Below, in pieces: positions 18,091 to 27,875 of a DNA stretch of 64,000 bases. The translations under genes were made by a program, and so were the position numbers. The first letter of the stretch is position 1. Each line of letters opens with the position of its first letter. The stretch is from Pirellulales bacterium (GTDB taxonomy: Bacteria; Planctomycetota; Planctomycetia; Pirellulales; UBA1268), in NCBI GenBank assembly GCA_040397585.1, contig JBBAVS010000003.1, forward strand, positions 5,169-69,168, read 5' to 3'. The notes beneath the pieces were generated by a model. The model made no database searches. It saw nothing but the letters and a program-made list of their open reading frames with translations, and had not been told where the DNA came from.

Positions 18091-20340
18091 TTACGGGAGC
18101 GTGTCGCTCGCTGGGATGTACGTGAAAGGTTCGTCCGTCTCGAAGGAGTCTGTCTTCAGCGGCGTGCCACGGGGATTGAAGACCACCCACTCAACACGCT
18201 CCTTGTCCATCTCCAGACGCAGGATCGAAGCCTCCACGTCATCGCGAATCACTTGAATCCCGGAGGCATGCGCGCTGGCCTGGAGCTCGTTGTCGTAGCC
18301 GCCTTGGGAACCAGGGTTGTTGGACATGGTCCGCGACCGGTACGGCGGATGCGGGTAATGCACCTGGGTGAACACGAGTTGCTGGCCGACCGTGGGCGTG
18401 CCTTCCCACACATACCGGACCTGGTTGGGGCAGGTGTCGGTCCGCGGATCGCTCTCCAGCCGATCCACGACATGCAGCCGGCGGTCGCCGCGCGGAGCGA
18501 ACCAGACCAGCAGATCCGCGGGCGGTGTCTTCAGGCTGCGATTGCCGTTGTCGTCAATCGGCGCGTGGATGAACGTGTTCACCCAATGACTGCCGATCTG
18601 CGGACCGATGTTGTGGGTGTTCCAGAGCGGCGCGACGCGTGCTTGAAACCCCTCCTCGAACGTCACGGTCTCACGGGAGGCGAGAAATCGGTTCTTCGCA
18701 AACACGAACTCGCGATCGCAGACGATCGGCAGACCGTCCGGGTTCCGCACCCTCACGGACGCAAACGTGGCCTGCGGGGTGTCTTTGAAATATGTCACTT
18801 CCGTTCGGATGTCGGGCGGGCGGCCATCCCACATCTCGTTGATGCGGATGGGATCGGGGTGCAGCCGACGTCTCACCGTGCCGCCGAGATCCTCCACGAG
18901 CAGTCGGTTCTCCACGGTCGCCCCCTTGCTGGCGGCGACTTGGGTGAAGGGGGTCCCCCACCGGCTGAGACCCATGATCCCGCTGGGATTGGCCGGGAAG
19001 CTGGTCGGATGCAGTTCCACCAGCGCGAAGAGGTCGCCGGGATTCCAGCCGCTGCGCAGGACCAGCTTGTCGGGCCACATCGTGCCGGTCTGGAACCATC
19101 CGCAACAGATGTGGCCGCAGTCGGGCCGCGGATCGGCATGGCCCAACAGCCGCTCGGTGAGCGTCTTGTCCGTGAGCGGGACGCGGGCGGTTTCCATCCG
19201 CTCGTTCCAGAGCGAACCCGCGTCGGGTTGAACCGGTGTCACCGATTCGTCGGCAAACAGCCACGCCAGCGACATCAGCCAGGCACTCGAAGCGTCCAGG
19301 TGAAAGGAAGCCTGGCCGGACGCCGTGGATTGATACCGCAGGTAGTTGAGCATTTTGTGGGCGACGAATCGGTAGCGTCCGTCACCTGTCTTGGCGGCGA
19401 TTCGCTCCAGCATGGCGACGCGCATGTCGGCCGAGCTGTTCCAGCCCGCGTTCGGCCCATAGGGAATCACCGCGCCGTCAGGGGAAGTCTCCACCATGAG
19501 CCGGTCCCACAGCCGCTTCATTCCCGGGTCGGTGTAGACCCGGTCGTCGCCGGTCCACTCGTCGGCGGCCCAGGCGAGGATGATGTAGGGCATCATCATG
19601 TAGTGGCTGTCGTTCTGGCCGACATCCTTGACCCGCCAGAAGTCGTTGAAGACGAGTTCCGAGTACCGCTTCCAATGCGTCGCCTCGGGGATGTCGGGAT
19701 ACCACGCGGCGGCGCGGCCTTTGGCATAGGCCTCCGGCATCGAACGGTGACAGCCGCCCCGCCACTCGACGGGAGCCGTGTCCCAGACGTGAACGTGCCG
19801 GCAGTAATACAGCCACATGTCACGAAACCAGCCGGCGTCTGGCTCCATCGCGCCGCCCTTGACGAGAAACATTCGGTAGATCGGCACCAGTGCGGGCGGG
19901 TGCTCGAACTGCCAGAACCACCCCCGCTCGGCGACCTGGCGTTTCATTTCCGCGTGAAACGCTTCGAGCATGGCGATGCATGCCGTGGCCCATTCCTGTT
20001 CGCCGGTCTGCACGTACTTCACGAGCACTGGCATGAACACGCGCGGACCATCCATCCCACGATTCGGATTACGGGCGATCTCAGCGGGGTTGTACGCCTC
20101 AACGCACCGCAGGTACGTGTCGCGAGTCACCGGCTCGCGCGGGACGGGATAGAACGAGGGATCGGAGAGGTCGCATGAGCCACGGAAGCGATAGTGCTCG
20201 ACGTCCGGTGCATACCGCGTCGGAGGGCCGTCGAGAACGGCTTCGGCCCAGGGGGGGCTCTGGTCCGCCGCACGAACCGGATGTGATGCCGTCACAACCA
20301 GGAGGGCGGCGCAGAGCACAAGCGGAAACGGTCGAGTCAT
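18091..20340 (-). CDS. Secreted hypothetical protein (749 aa), tentatively heparinase II/III-like polysaccharide-lyase fold
   Basis: Signal peptide MTRPFPLVLCAALLVVTASHPVRAADQ. The segment DKLVLRSGWNPGDLFALVELHP...ENRLLVEDL resembles the (V)MRSGW...HNT(L)xV region of heparinase II/III-type lyases, but the His/Tyr catalytic residues could not be confirmed by eye. Confidence 0.6.
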   Translation of the reverse strand: MTRPFPLVLCAALLVVTASHPVRAADQSPPWAEAVLDGPPTRYAPDVEHYRFRGSCDLSDPSFYPVPREPVTRDTYLRCVEAYNPAEIARNPNRGMDGPRVFMPVLVKYVQTGEQEWATACIAMLEAFHAEMKRQVAERGWFWQFEHPPALVPIYRMFLVKGGAMEPDAGWFRDMWLYYCRHVHVWDTAPVEWRGGCHRSMPEAYAKGRAAAWYPDIPEATHWKRYSELVFNDFWRVKDVGQNDSHYMMMPYIILAWAADEWTGDDRVYTDPGMKRLWDRLMVETSPDGAVIPYGPNAGWNSSADMRVAMLERIAAKTGDGRYRFVAHKMLNYLRYQSTASGQASFHLDASSAWLMSLAWLFADESVTPVQPDAGSLWNERMETARVPLTDKTLTERLLGHADPRPDCGHICCGWFQTGTMWPDKLVLRSGWNPGDLFALVELHPTSFPANPSGIMGLSRWGTPFTQVAASKGATVENRLLVEDLGGTVRRRLHPDPIRINEMWDGRPPDIRTEVTYFKDTPQATFASVRVRNPDGLPIVCDREFVFAKNRFLASRETVTFEEGFQARVAPLWNTHNIGPQIGSHWVNTFIHAPIDDNGNRSLKTPPADLLVWFAPRGDRRLHVVDRLESDPRTDTCPNQVRYVWEGTPTVGQQLVFTQVHYPHPPYRSRTMSNNPGSQGGYDNELQASAHASGIQVIRDDVEASILRLEMDKERVEWVVFNPRGTPLKTDSFETDEPFTYIPASDTLP

Positions 20341-20758
20341 GACCTGCCCTTGCATGGCGGAGCGGAAACCGACGGTCGTGTACGCGAGAGGCTGAAGGAC
20401 AAGGCAGCGAACCGACGCTGGTGCCAACAACACCCGCAGCCTACGAAGGGCAGGAATGATCAGCCCCCGGGCGAGGTTTTACGGTGTGCCTTTCGAGTTG
20501 TCCATTCGATCGCAGACACACGAGGCGGCAGCTTCGATGGCGCTCTCGCTACGTGTTGCATCAAGATGCGCTGGAGTGCGTCGCGAGAGAAAGCCGACCG
20601 GCCGTAAGGCCGCGGGCAAGCCACGCTGAACGCGGCGTCATCTGGCGGCCACGATGAGCCGGGACGATATACTTTCCGGTTCACCTGCGGGATCTGGTTG
20701 TCTGGCGGTGCGGAGGGCCGCCCCCAAGGGTTCGCGGACCTCCGCGAGGGGCCACGGT

Positions 20759-23569
20759 ATGTCGCAGCGTCTTCACATCCTCGTTGCGAGCCTCTCGTCA
20801 TTCGTCGTCTGCAACGCGACGGTGGCCGGCGAAGCCGTGGACCTGTTCGAGCGGCATGTGCGACCGCTGTTCGTCGACCGCTGCCAGAAATGCCACGGCG
20901 ATGCGAAGCAATGGGGGTCGCTGCGACTCGATTCCCTGCAGGGTGTGCTCGACGGGGGTGACAGCGGGCCGGCGGTGGTGCCGGGAAACGCGGCGGTCGG
21001 GGAGTTGGCAGCGCGGCTCGCAAGTCACGACGACGCGGTGCGCATGCCTCCTCCCGAGGAAGGCCCGCCGGTATCGCCGGACGTCCTCGACGCCGTGAAG
21101 GCATGGATCACCGCGGGGGCGGTCTGGCCCGCGGGCGATGCCCCCGTTACGTCTCCACGAGCAACCGCCCGTGAGACGCACTGGGCCTACCAGCCGATCA
21201 TCGCGCCGCCGTTGCCGTCGGTCGCGGACGAATCGTGGGTCCGTGGCCCGATAGACCGGTTCGTGCTCGCCGCCCTGGAGGCCGCGGGGCTTCGGCCGGC
21301 GGCCGAAGCCGATCGGGCCACGTTCATCCGCCGCGCCACCTACGACCTCCTCGGCCTGCCCCCGACGATCGACGAGATCAAGGCCTTCGAGAGCGATGCC
21401 TCGTCGCAAGCGTACGAAACGCTCATCGACCGGCTCCTCGCGTCTCCTCGTTATGGGGAGCACTGGGGGCGGCACTGGCTCGACGCCGCCCGCTATGCCG
21501 ACACGAAGGGCTACACCGACGTCGGTGAGACACGCTGGCACGTTCACGCGGCCCCCTACCGCGACTGGGTGATCCGGGCATTCAATGAGGACATGCCGTA
21601 CGATCGTTTCCTGCGGCTGCAGTTGGCCGCCGACCAGGCCGCCCCCCACGAGCCGGAACACCTCGCCGCGATGGGATTTCTCACGCTCGGCCGGCGGTTT
21701 CTCGGCAACACTCCCGACATCATCGACGACCGTATCGACGTGGTCACCCGGGGCATGCTCGGTCTCACCGTGGCCTGCGCCCGCTGTCACGACCACAAGT
21801 ACGACCCGATCCCGACCCGTGACTACTACTCGCTGTACGGCGTTTTCCAGAACTGCGTCGATCGGCTCGTGCCCCTCCCCAGGCGGTCCGGCGCGCCGCC
21901 CGTCCAGGAGGATTTCACACAGGGCCTGGCGGATCGCCAGCGCGACTACGACGCCCTGGTGACGCAGAAGCGCGGCGAGGCCAACGCTCGCCTGCGGAAG
22001 CGGTTTTCCGACTACCTGCTGGCGCAGCGCGATCTCGCAACGTATCCCGAACAGGAGTTTGTCCAACTCTCCAAAGAGGACGACATCCTGCCCGGGATCG
22101 TCCGTCGGTTCGAGGTGTTCCTCAGGCATGCGGAGCGGGTCGCCGACCCGGTGTTCCTGCCGTGGATTCGCTATGCCGCGCTCTCCGATGGCGAATTCCC
22201 GAGCCGCGCGTCGGAGGTCACCGCCAGCCTGCGGGCCGGCCCGCAGACGGTCAACCCGCTCGTCGCCGCCGCGTTCGCCGACCCGCCGGTGTCGATGGCG
22301 GACGTCGCGGCCCGCTACGCGGCGCTGCTGGCGGCGAGCGACGCCCGCTGGACCGAGGCTGTCTCGGCCGCGGGGCGTGACGGACTGCCGGAACCGACCT
22401 GCCTCGCCGACGTGGCCGAGGAGGAGGTTCGTCAGGCCTTCTCCGGCGAGGGGTCGCCGTGCGTGATTCCGGACGAGCCGCTGGTGCAGACCGACTACCT
22501 CTGGGATTTCGACACGCGGCAGGCGCTCTGGAAGGCACGTTCGGCCATCGACGCGTGGCTGCACGCTGAGAATCCTGACGCCGCGCCGTATGCGATGATC
22601 CTCGAGGACCGCCGCACGCTCATCGATCCGCTCGTGTTCCGCGGCGGCCGCGCGGCTGCGAAGGGCGATGCCGTTCCCCGACAGTTCCTGGAAGTGCTCG
22701 CGGATTCCGCACGGCGGCCATTTTCACGCGGCAGCGGCCGCCTGGAACTCGCCGAGGCGATTGCCGATCCAACCAATCCCCTCACGCCCCGCGTGTGGGT
22801 GAACCGCGTCTGGCTTCACCACTTCGGAGCGGGGCTCGTGACGACCCCGAGCGACTTCGGGGTCCGCGCGGCCGCTCCCAGCCACCCCGAACTGCTCGAC
22901 TGGCTGGCGACGCGGCTGCGGGCGGATGGCTGGCGGACCAAGCCGCTTCATCGCGAGATCATGCTGTCGGCAACCTATCGGCAGTCGTCGCGGAGCGATG
23001 CGGACCGCGCCGGGTCTGGCCACGCGGACACGATCGATCCATCCAACCGGCTGCTCTGGAGGATGAACCCACGGCGGCTGTCGTTCGAGCAGTTGCGCGA
23101 CACACTGCTCGCGGCCTCGGGCGACCTGGATCTCGCCACAGGGGGCCACGGAGACGGCGTTTTCGGCACCCGGCGGTCGGTCTACGTCACGGTCGAACGG
23201 CAGGCTTTACCCGCCGTGTTTGGCGTCTTCGACGTCGCCAACCCCGACCTCCACTCCCCGCAGCGGCCGGAGACGACGACGGCGCTGCAGGCCCTCTTCA
23301 TCCTCAATCATCCGTTTGTTGCCGACCGGGCGCGGCGTGCGGTCGTGCGGCACGCCGCCGACCCCGGCGCGGAGGGGGCGATCGAAGGGCTGTATCGCGG
23401 AATCCTCGGCCGCTCACCTTCCGACTCCGAACGGCAGGACGCGGCGCGGTTCGTCGCCGCAGCACTCGTCGAGCCTGCCGGCGAGCCCCCCGGTGAGACC
23501 GTGCTCGCGCCGCTGGAGCAGCTGGCCCAGGTGCTCCTGCTCTCCAATGAATTCATGTTCGTAGACTGA
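20759..23569 (+). CDS. PSCyt1 / DUF1549 (PSCyt2) / DUF1553 (PSD1) domain protein
   Basis: Signal peptide MSQRLHILVASLSSFVVCNATVAGEA. PSCyt1 FERHVRPLFVDRCQKCHGDAKQWGSLRLDS. CARCHDHKYDPIPTRDYYSLYGVF. C-terminal LLLSNEFMFVD. Confidence 0.9.
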   Translation: MSQRLHILVASLSSFVVCNATVAGEAVDLFERHVRPLFVDRCQKCHGDAKQWGSLRLDSLQGVLDGGDSGPAVVPGNAAVGELAARLASHDDAVRMPPPEEGPPVSPDVLDAVKAWITAGAVWPAGDAPVTSPRATARETHWAYQPIIAPPLPSVADESWVRGPIDRFVLAALEAAGLRPAAEADRATFIRRATYDLLGLPPTIDEIKAFESDASSQAYETLIDRLLASPRYGEHWGRHWLDAARYADTKGYTDVGETRWHVHAAPYRDWVIRAFNEDMPYDRFLRLQLAADQAAPHEPEHLAAMGFLTLGRRFLGNTPDIIDDRIDVVTRGMLGLTVACARCHDHKYDPIPTRDYYSLYGVFQNCVDRLVPLPRRSGAPPVQEDFTQGLADRQRDYDALVTQKRGEANARLRKRFSDYLLAQRDLATYPEQEFVQLSKEDDILPGIVRRFEVFLRHAERVADPVFLPWIRYAALSDGEFPSRASEVTASLRAGPQTVNPLVAAAFADPPVSMADVAARYAALLAASDARWTEAVSAAGRDGLPEPTCLADVAEEEVRQAFSGEGSPCVIPDEPLVQTDYLWDFDTRQALWKARSAIDAWLHAENPDAAPYAMILEDRRTLIDPLVFRGGRAAAKGDAVPRQFLEVLADSARRPFSRGSGRLELAEAIADPTNPLTPRVWVNRVWLHHFGAGLVTTPSDFGVRAAAPSHPELLDWLATRLRADGWRTKPLHREIMLSATYRQSSRSDADRAGSGHADTIDPSNRLLWRMNPRRLSFEQLRDTLLAASGDLDLATGGHGDGVFGTRRSVYVTVERQALPAVFGVFDVANPDLHSPQRPETTTALQALFILNHPFVADRARRAVVRHAADPGAEGAIEGLYRGILGRSPSDSERQDAARFVAAALVEPAGEPPGETVLAPLEQLAQVLLLSNEFMFVD

Positions 23570-23574
23570 AACCG

Positions 23575-24981
<1,407 letters not shown>

Positions 24982-25034
24982 TCCCACCGCGCCCCGGGGT
25001 GGCCATGTCCCGTCACCGTCACGTGGGGCGCGTT

Positions 25035-26324
25035 CTAGGCTTCCGGTAGTTCGAAGCCGCGGCGGCGTTCGCGGACGAGCAAGGCGTCGGCCTCGGCGTC
25101 GCCCGTGAACCGTTCGGCAACCGGATCCCAGGCCAGCGGTCGGCCGAGTTGCCGGGTGATGCCCACCAGATGGCAGACCGTGGCCGAGCGATGGCCGATC
25201 TCGACATCGGCGACCGGCCGCTCGCGGCTGCGGATGCAGTCGAGCCAGTTCTGCAGGTGTGCGCGGGCCTGCCAGAGGGCCGTTTCGTCGCTCCACTCCT
25301 TCTCCTCGGCCGCCGCATCGATCTCCGCAAGAATGCCGGCCGCGATCTCGGGCGGGTTCGATGCGATCTTGTTGCGGTTGATCTCCAGCTTTCCCTTTTC
25401 TCCCACGAACACGGCGCCCCCCATCGGACCTTTCTCGAGGATCAACTTCACCTCGACGCCGTCGGCATACCGCATCGCGACCGCGCCGGCCGGCCCTTCC
25501 GCGAGCGGGGCGAGGGCGACCGGCCCCGTGGCGTCGGCGCCCAGCGCCCACTGGAGCTGGTCGAGCCCGTGGGCGCCCCAGTTGGTGATCTGGCCCCCGG
25601 CGAAGTCGCGCCATGACATCCACGACATCCACGACGGATGGTAGGGGCGGTCGGCGGCCTGGTTGAGCCAGACGTTCCAGTCGAGGCCCGCGGGCACGGG
25701 TTCGCCCGCGGGATAGGGAATCGGACTCGGGGCCGCCGTGTCGTAGTTCACTCCGCGAACCTCGAGCAGCCTGCCGAGCCCACCGGACCGGACGAACTCG
25801 CAGGCCAGCCGGTTGATGGCCATCGAACGTTGCTGCGTGCCGACCTGCAGCACGCGGCCGTGCTTCCGCACGGCATCGGCGAGGACCCGGCCCTCCCGGA
25901 CGTAGAGCGTGAGCGGCTTCTCCGCATAGACGTCCTTGCCCGCCTGGCAGGCGTGAATACAGGGCAGGACCCGCTGGAAATCGCCGACGCCGACGATCAC
26001 GGCGTCGACGTCAGGCCGGTCGAGCACCCTGCGGTAGTCGGTGCACACGTCCCACGAGCCGCCGCGGGTGGCCTTGTACTGCTCCGCCCGCGGCAGATTG
26101 CAGTCGGCAAGGGCGATGATCCGGGCGGCTGGGGGGAGTTGGTCGAGCAGGAGCGACGCACGGTGGCCCACGCCGATCGCCGCCACGCCGATCGTCTCGT
26201 TGGCGGCGACGCCGGCCTCGGCACGACCGCGGAATGCCGCCGCACCGAGAAGGCCCAGTGAGGAACTGGAGAGAAACCGCCGCCGCGACGTGCGGCCGGC
26301 GGAACCATCAACACATCGGTTCAT
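25035..26324 (-). CDS. Tat-exported Gfo/Idh/MocA-family NAD(P)-dependent oxidoreductase
   Basis: Twin-arginine signal MNRCVDGSAGRTSRRRFLSSSSLGLLGAAAF. Rossmann entry IGVAAIGVGHRAS. DVYAEKPL, typical of the Gfo/Idh/MocA family. Confidence 0.85.
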   Translation of the reverse strand: MNRCVDGSAGRTSRRRFLSSSSLGLLGAAAFRGRAEAGVAANETIGVAAIGVGHRASLLLDQLPPAARIIALADCNLPRAEQYKATRGGSWDVCTDYRRVLDRPDVDAVIVGVGDFQRVLPCIHACQAGKDVYAEKPLTLYVREGRVLADAVRKHGRVLQVGTQQRSMAINRLACEFVRSGGLGRLLEVRGVNYDTAAPSPIPYPAGEPVPAGLDWNVWLNQAADRPYHPSWMSWMSWRDFAGGQITNWGAHGLDQLQWALGADATGPVALAPLAEGPAGAVAMRYADGVEVKLILEKGPMGGAVFVGEKGKLEINRNKIASNPPEIAAGILAEIDAAAEEKEWSDETALWQARAHLQNWLDCIRSRERPVADVEIGHRSATVCHLVGITRQLGRPLAWDPVAERFTGDAEADALLVRERRRGFELPEA

Positions 26325-26417
26325 GGGTTGCCCTTCACTTCGTTCGATCGCTTTGCATTGCATCCATTGCAGTTCGCCCGCGGCCTCACGGCCGGTCGGC
26401 TTTCATTCGACATCACT

Positions 26418-27848
26418 CTAGCCCAGAAGTTCCGGCACGACGCGGCCGTGGACGTCGGTGAGGCGGAAATCGCGGCCGCTGTGGCGGTAGGTGAGCCGCG
26501 TGTGGTCGAGGCCGAGCAGATGCAGCATGGTCGCCTGCAGGTCGTGCACGTGCACCGGCTTCTCCACGGCCTTGAACCCGAACTCGTCGGTCGCGCCGTG
26601 CACCGTGCCGCCGCGGACGCCGCCACCGGCCATCCAGACCGTGAACCCGTGGTGATTGTGGTCACGGCCCGAGGGCTCGCTCACCCCGGTGCCCGGCGCC
26701 GGGAGTTCGACCGTGGGCGTCCTGCCGAACTCACCCCCCCAGAGCACGAGCGTGCTGTCGAGCATTCCGCGACCGACGAGGTCGTCGAGGAGCGCGCCGA
26801 TCGCCCGATCACACTCGCCGGCCAATCGGCGGTGGTTGGTCTCGATCTTCTCGTGGCTGTCCCAGGGCTGCCCGGCGCCGTGCCAGACCTGCACGTAGCG
26901 CACGCCCCGTTCGACAAGCCGCCGCGCGATGAGCATCTGCCGCCCCTGCACGTCGTCGCCGTAGCGGGCGAGCACGTGTGCCGGTTCGCGAGACACGTCG
27001 AACGCATCGGTCGCCTCCGACTGCATCCGCCACGCGAGTTCCATCGACGCGAGCCGGGCTTCGAGTGCCGGGTCGTGCGGCCGTGCGGCCAGGTGTTGCC
27101 GATCGAGTTGGGAGATGAGGTCGAACTGCCGCCGCTGCGCAGCACGGTCGAGAACCGGATGGCGGACGTTCTCCACCAGGTCGGCCGCGTCGCGCTTCTT
27201 CGTGTCGATGTACGTGCCCTGGAAGGCGCCCGGCAGGAAGGCGCTTCGCCAGTTCTCGGACTCCTTGATCGGAAAGCCACCCGGGCACATCGCCACGAAC
27301 CCCGGCAGGTTCTGGTTTTCACTTCCCAGCGCGTAGGTCACCCACGCGCCGGCCGACGGCCGCACGAGCCGCGCGTCACCGCAGTTCATGAGCATCAGCG
27401 AGGGCTCGTGATTGGGCACGTCGGCATGCATCGATCGCACGACCAGCAGGCGGTCGGCATGCCGCGCCACCGACGGAAACAACTCGCTCACCTCCAGGCC
27501 GCTCTCGCCGTGCCGCGAAAACCGGAACGGGGACGGCAGGGCCGCGCCCGTGCGGCGCTCCGTCGGCAGGTTCGTGGGAATCTCCCGGCCGGCATGGGCG
27601 GCGAGCACGGGCTTCGGATCGAAGGTGTCGATGTGGCTCGGGCCGCCGTTGGCAAAGATGTGGATCACCGCCCGTGCCCGCGCCGGAAAGTGGGCCGCCC
27701 GCGGCGCGAGGGTCAGGCCCGACCCCGCCACGTCCGCCCGTTCGGCGGCGAGGAGGCTCGCCGCACCGAGCCAGCCCAGCCCCAGGCCGCCGCGGCAGAG
27801 CGCGTCGCGGCGGGAGAGGAATCGGTCGGGGGGCAGGTCGTCGTGCAT
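26418..27848 (-). CDS. DUF1501 domain protein (Tat signal)
   Basis: MHDDLPPDRFLSRRDALCRGGLGLGWLGAASLLA. VIHIFANGGPSHIDTFDPKP. WGGEFGRTP...GRDHN. VHVHDLQATMLHLLG. Paralogous to 23575..24981. Confidence 0.9.
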   Translation of the reverse strand: MHDDLPPDRFLSRRDALCRGGLGLGWLGAASLLAAERADVAGSGLTLAPRAAHFPARARAVIHIFANGGPSHIDTFDPKPVLAAHAGREIPTNLPTERRTGAALPSPFRFSRHGESGLEVSELFPSVARHADRLLVVRSMHADVPNHEPSLMLMNCGDARLVRPSAGAWVTYALGSENQNLPGFVAMCPGGFPIKESENWRSAFLPGAFQGTYIDTKKRDAADLVENVRHPVLDRAAQRRQFDLISQLDRQHLAARPHDPALEARLASMELAWRMQSEATDAFDVSREPAHVLARYGDDVQGRQMLIARRLVERGVRYVQVWHGAGQPWDSHEKIETNHRRLAGECDRAIGALLDDLVGRGMLDSTLVLWGGEFGRTPTVELPAPGTGVSEPSGRDHNHHGFTVWMAGGGVRGGTVHGATDEFGFKAVEKPVHVHDLQATMLHLLGLDHTRLTYRHSGRDFRLTDVHGRVVPELLG

Positions 27849-27875
27849 GGTGCGAGCTGTCTTTCCGAAGCTACT

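Noticed and set aside
20350-20607. 85-aa ORF in the 418-bp divergent intergenic region
   Set aside because: It has no RBS, an odd composition and no motif. It is more likely promoter/leader DNA for the flanking divergent genes.
24982-25034. Possible bidirectional terminator between convergent genes (GCGCCCC...GGGGCGC, CCACC...GGTGG)
   Set aside because: The stems are short (5-7 bp) with a long or ambiguous loop and no U-tract. This is too weak to call from sequence alone.
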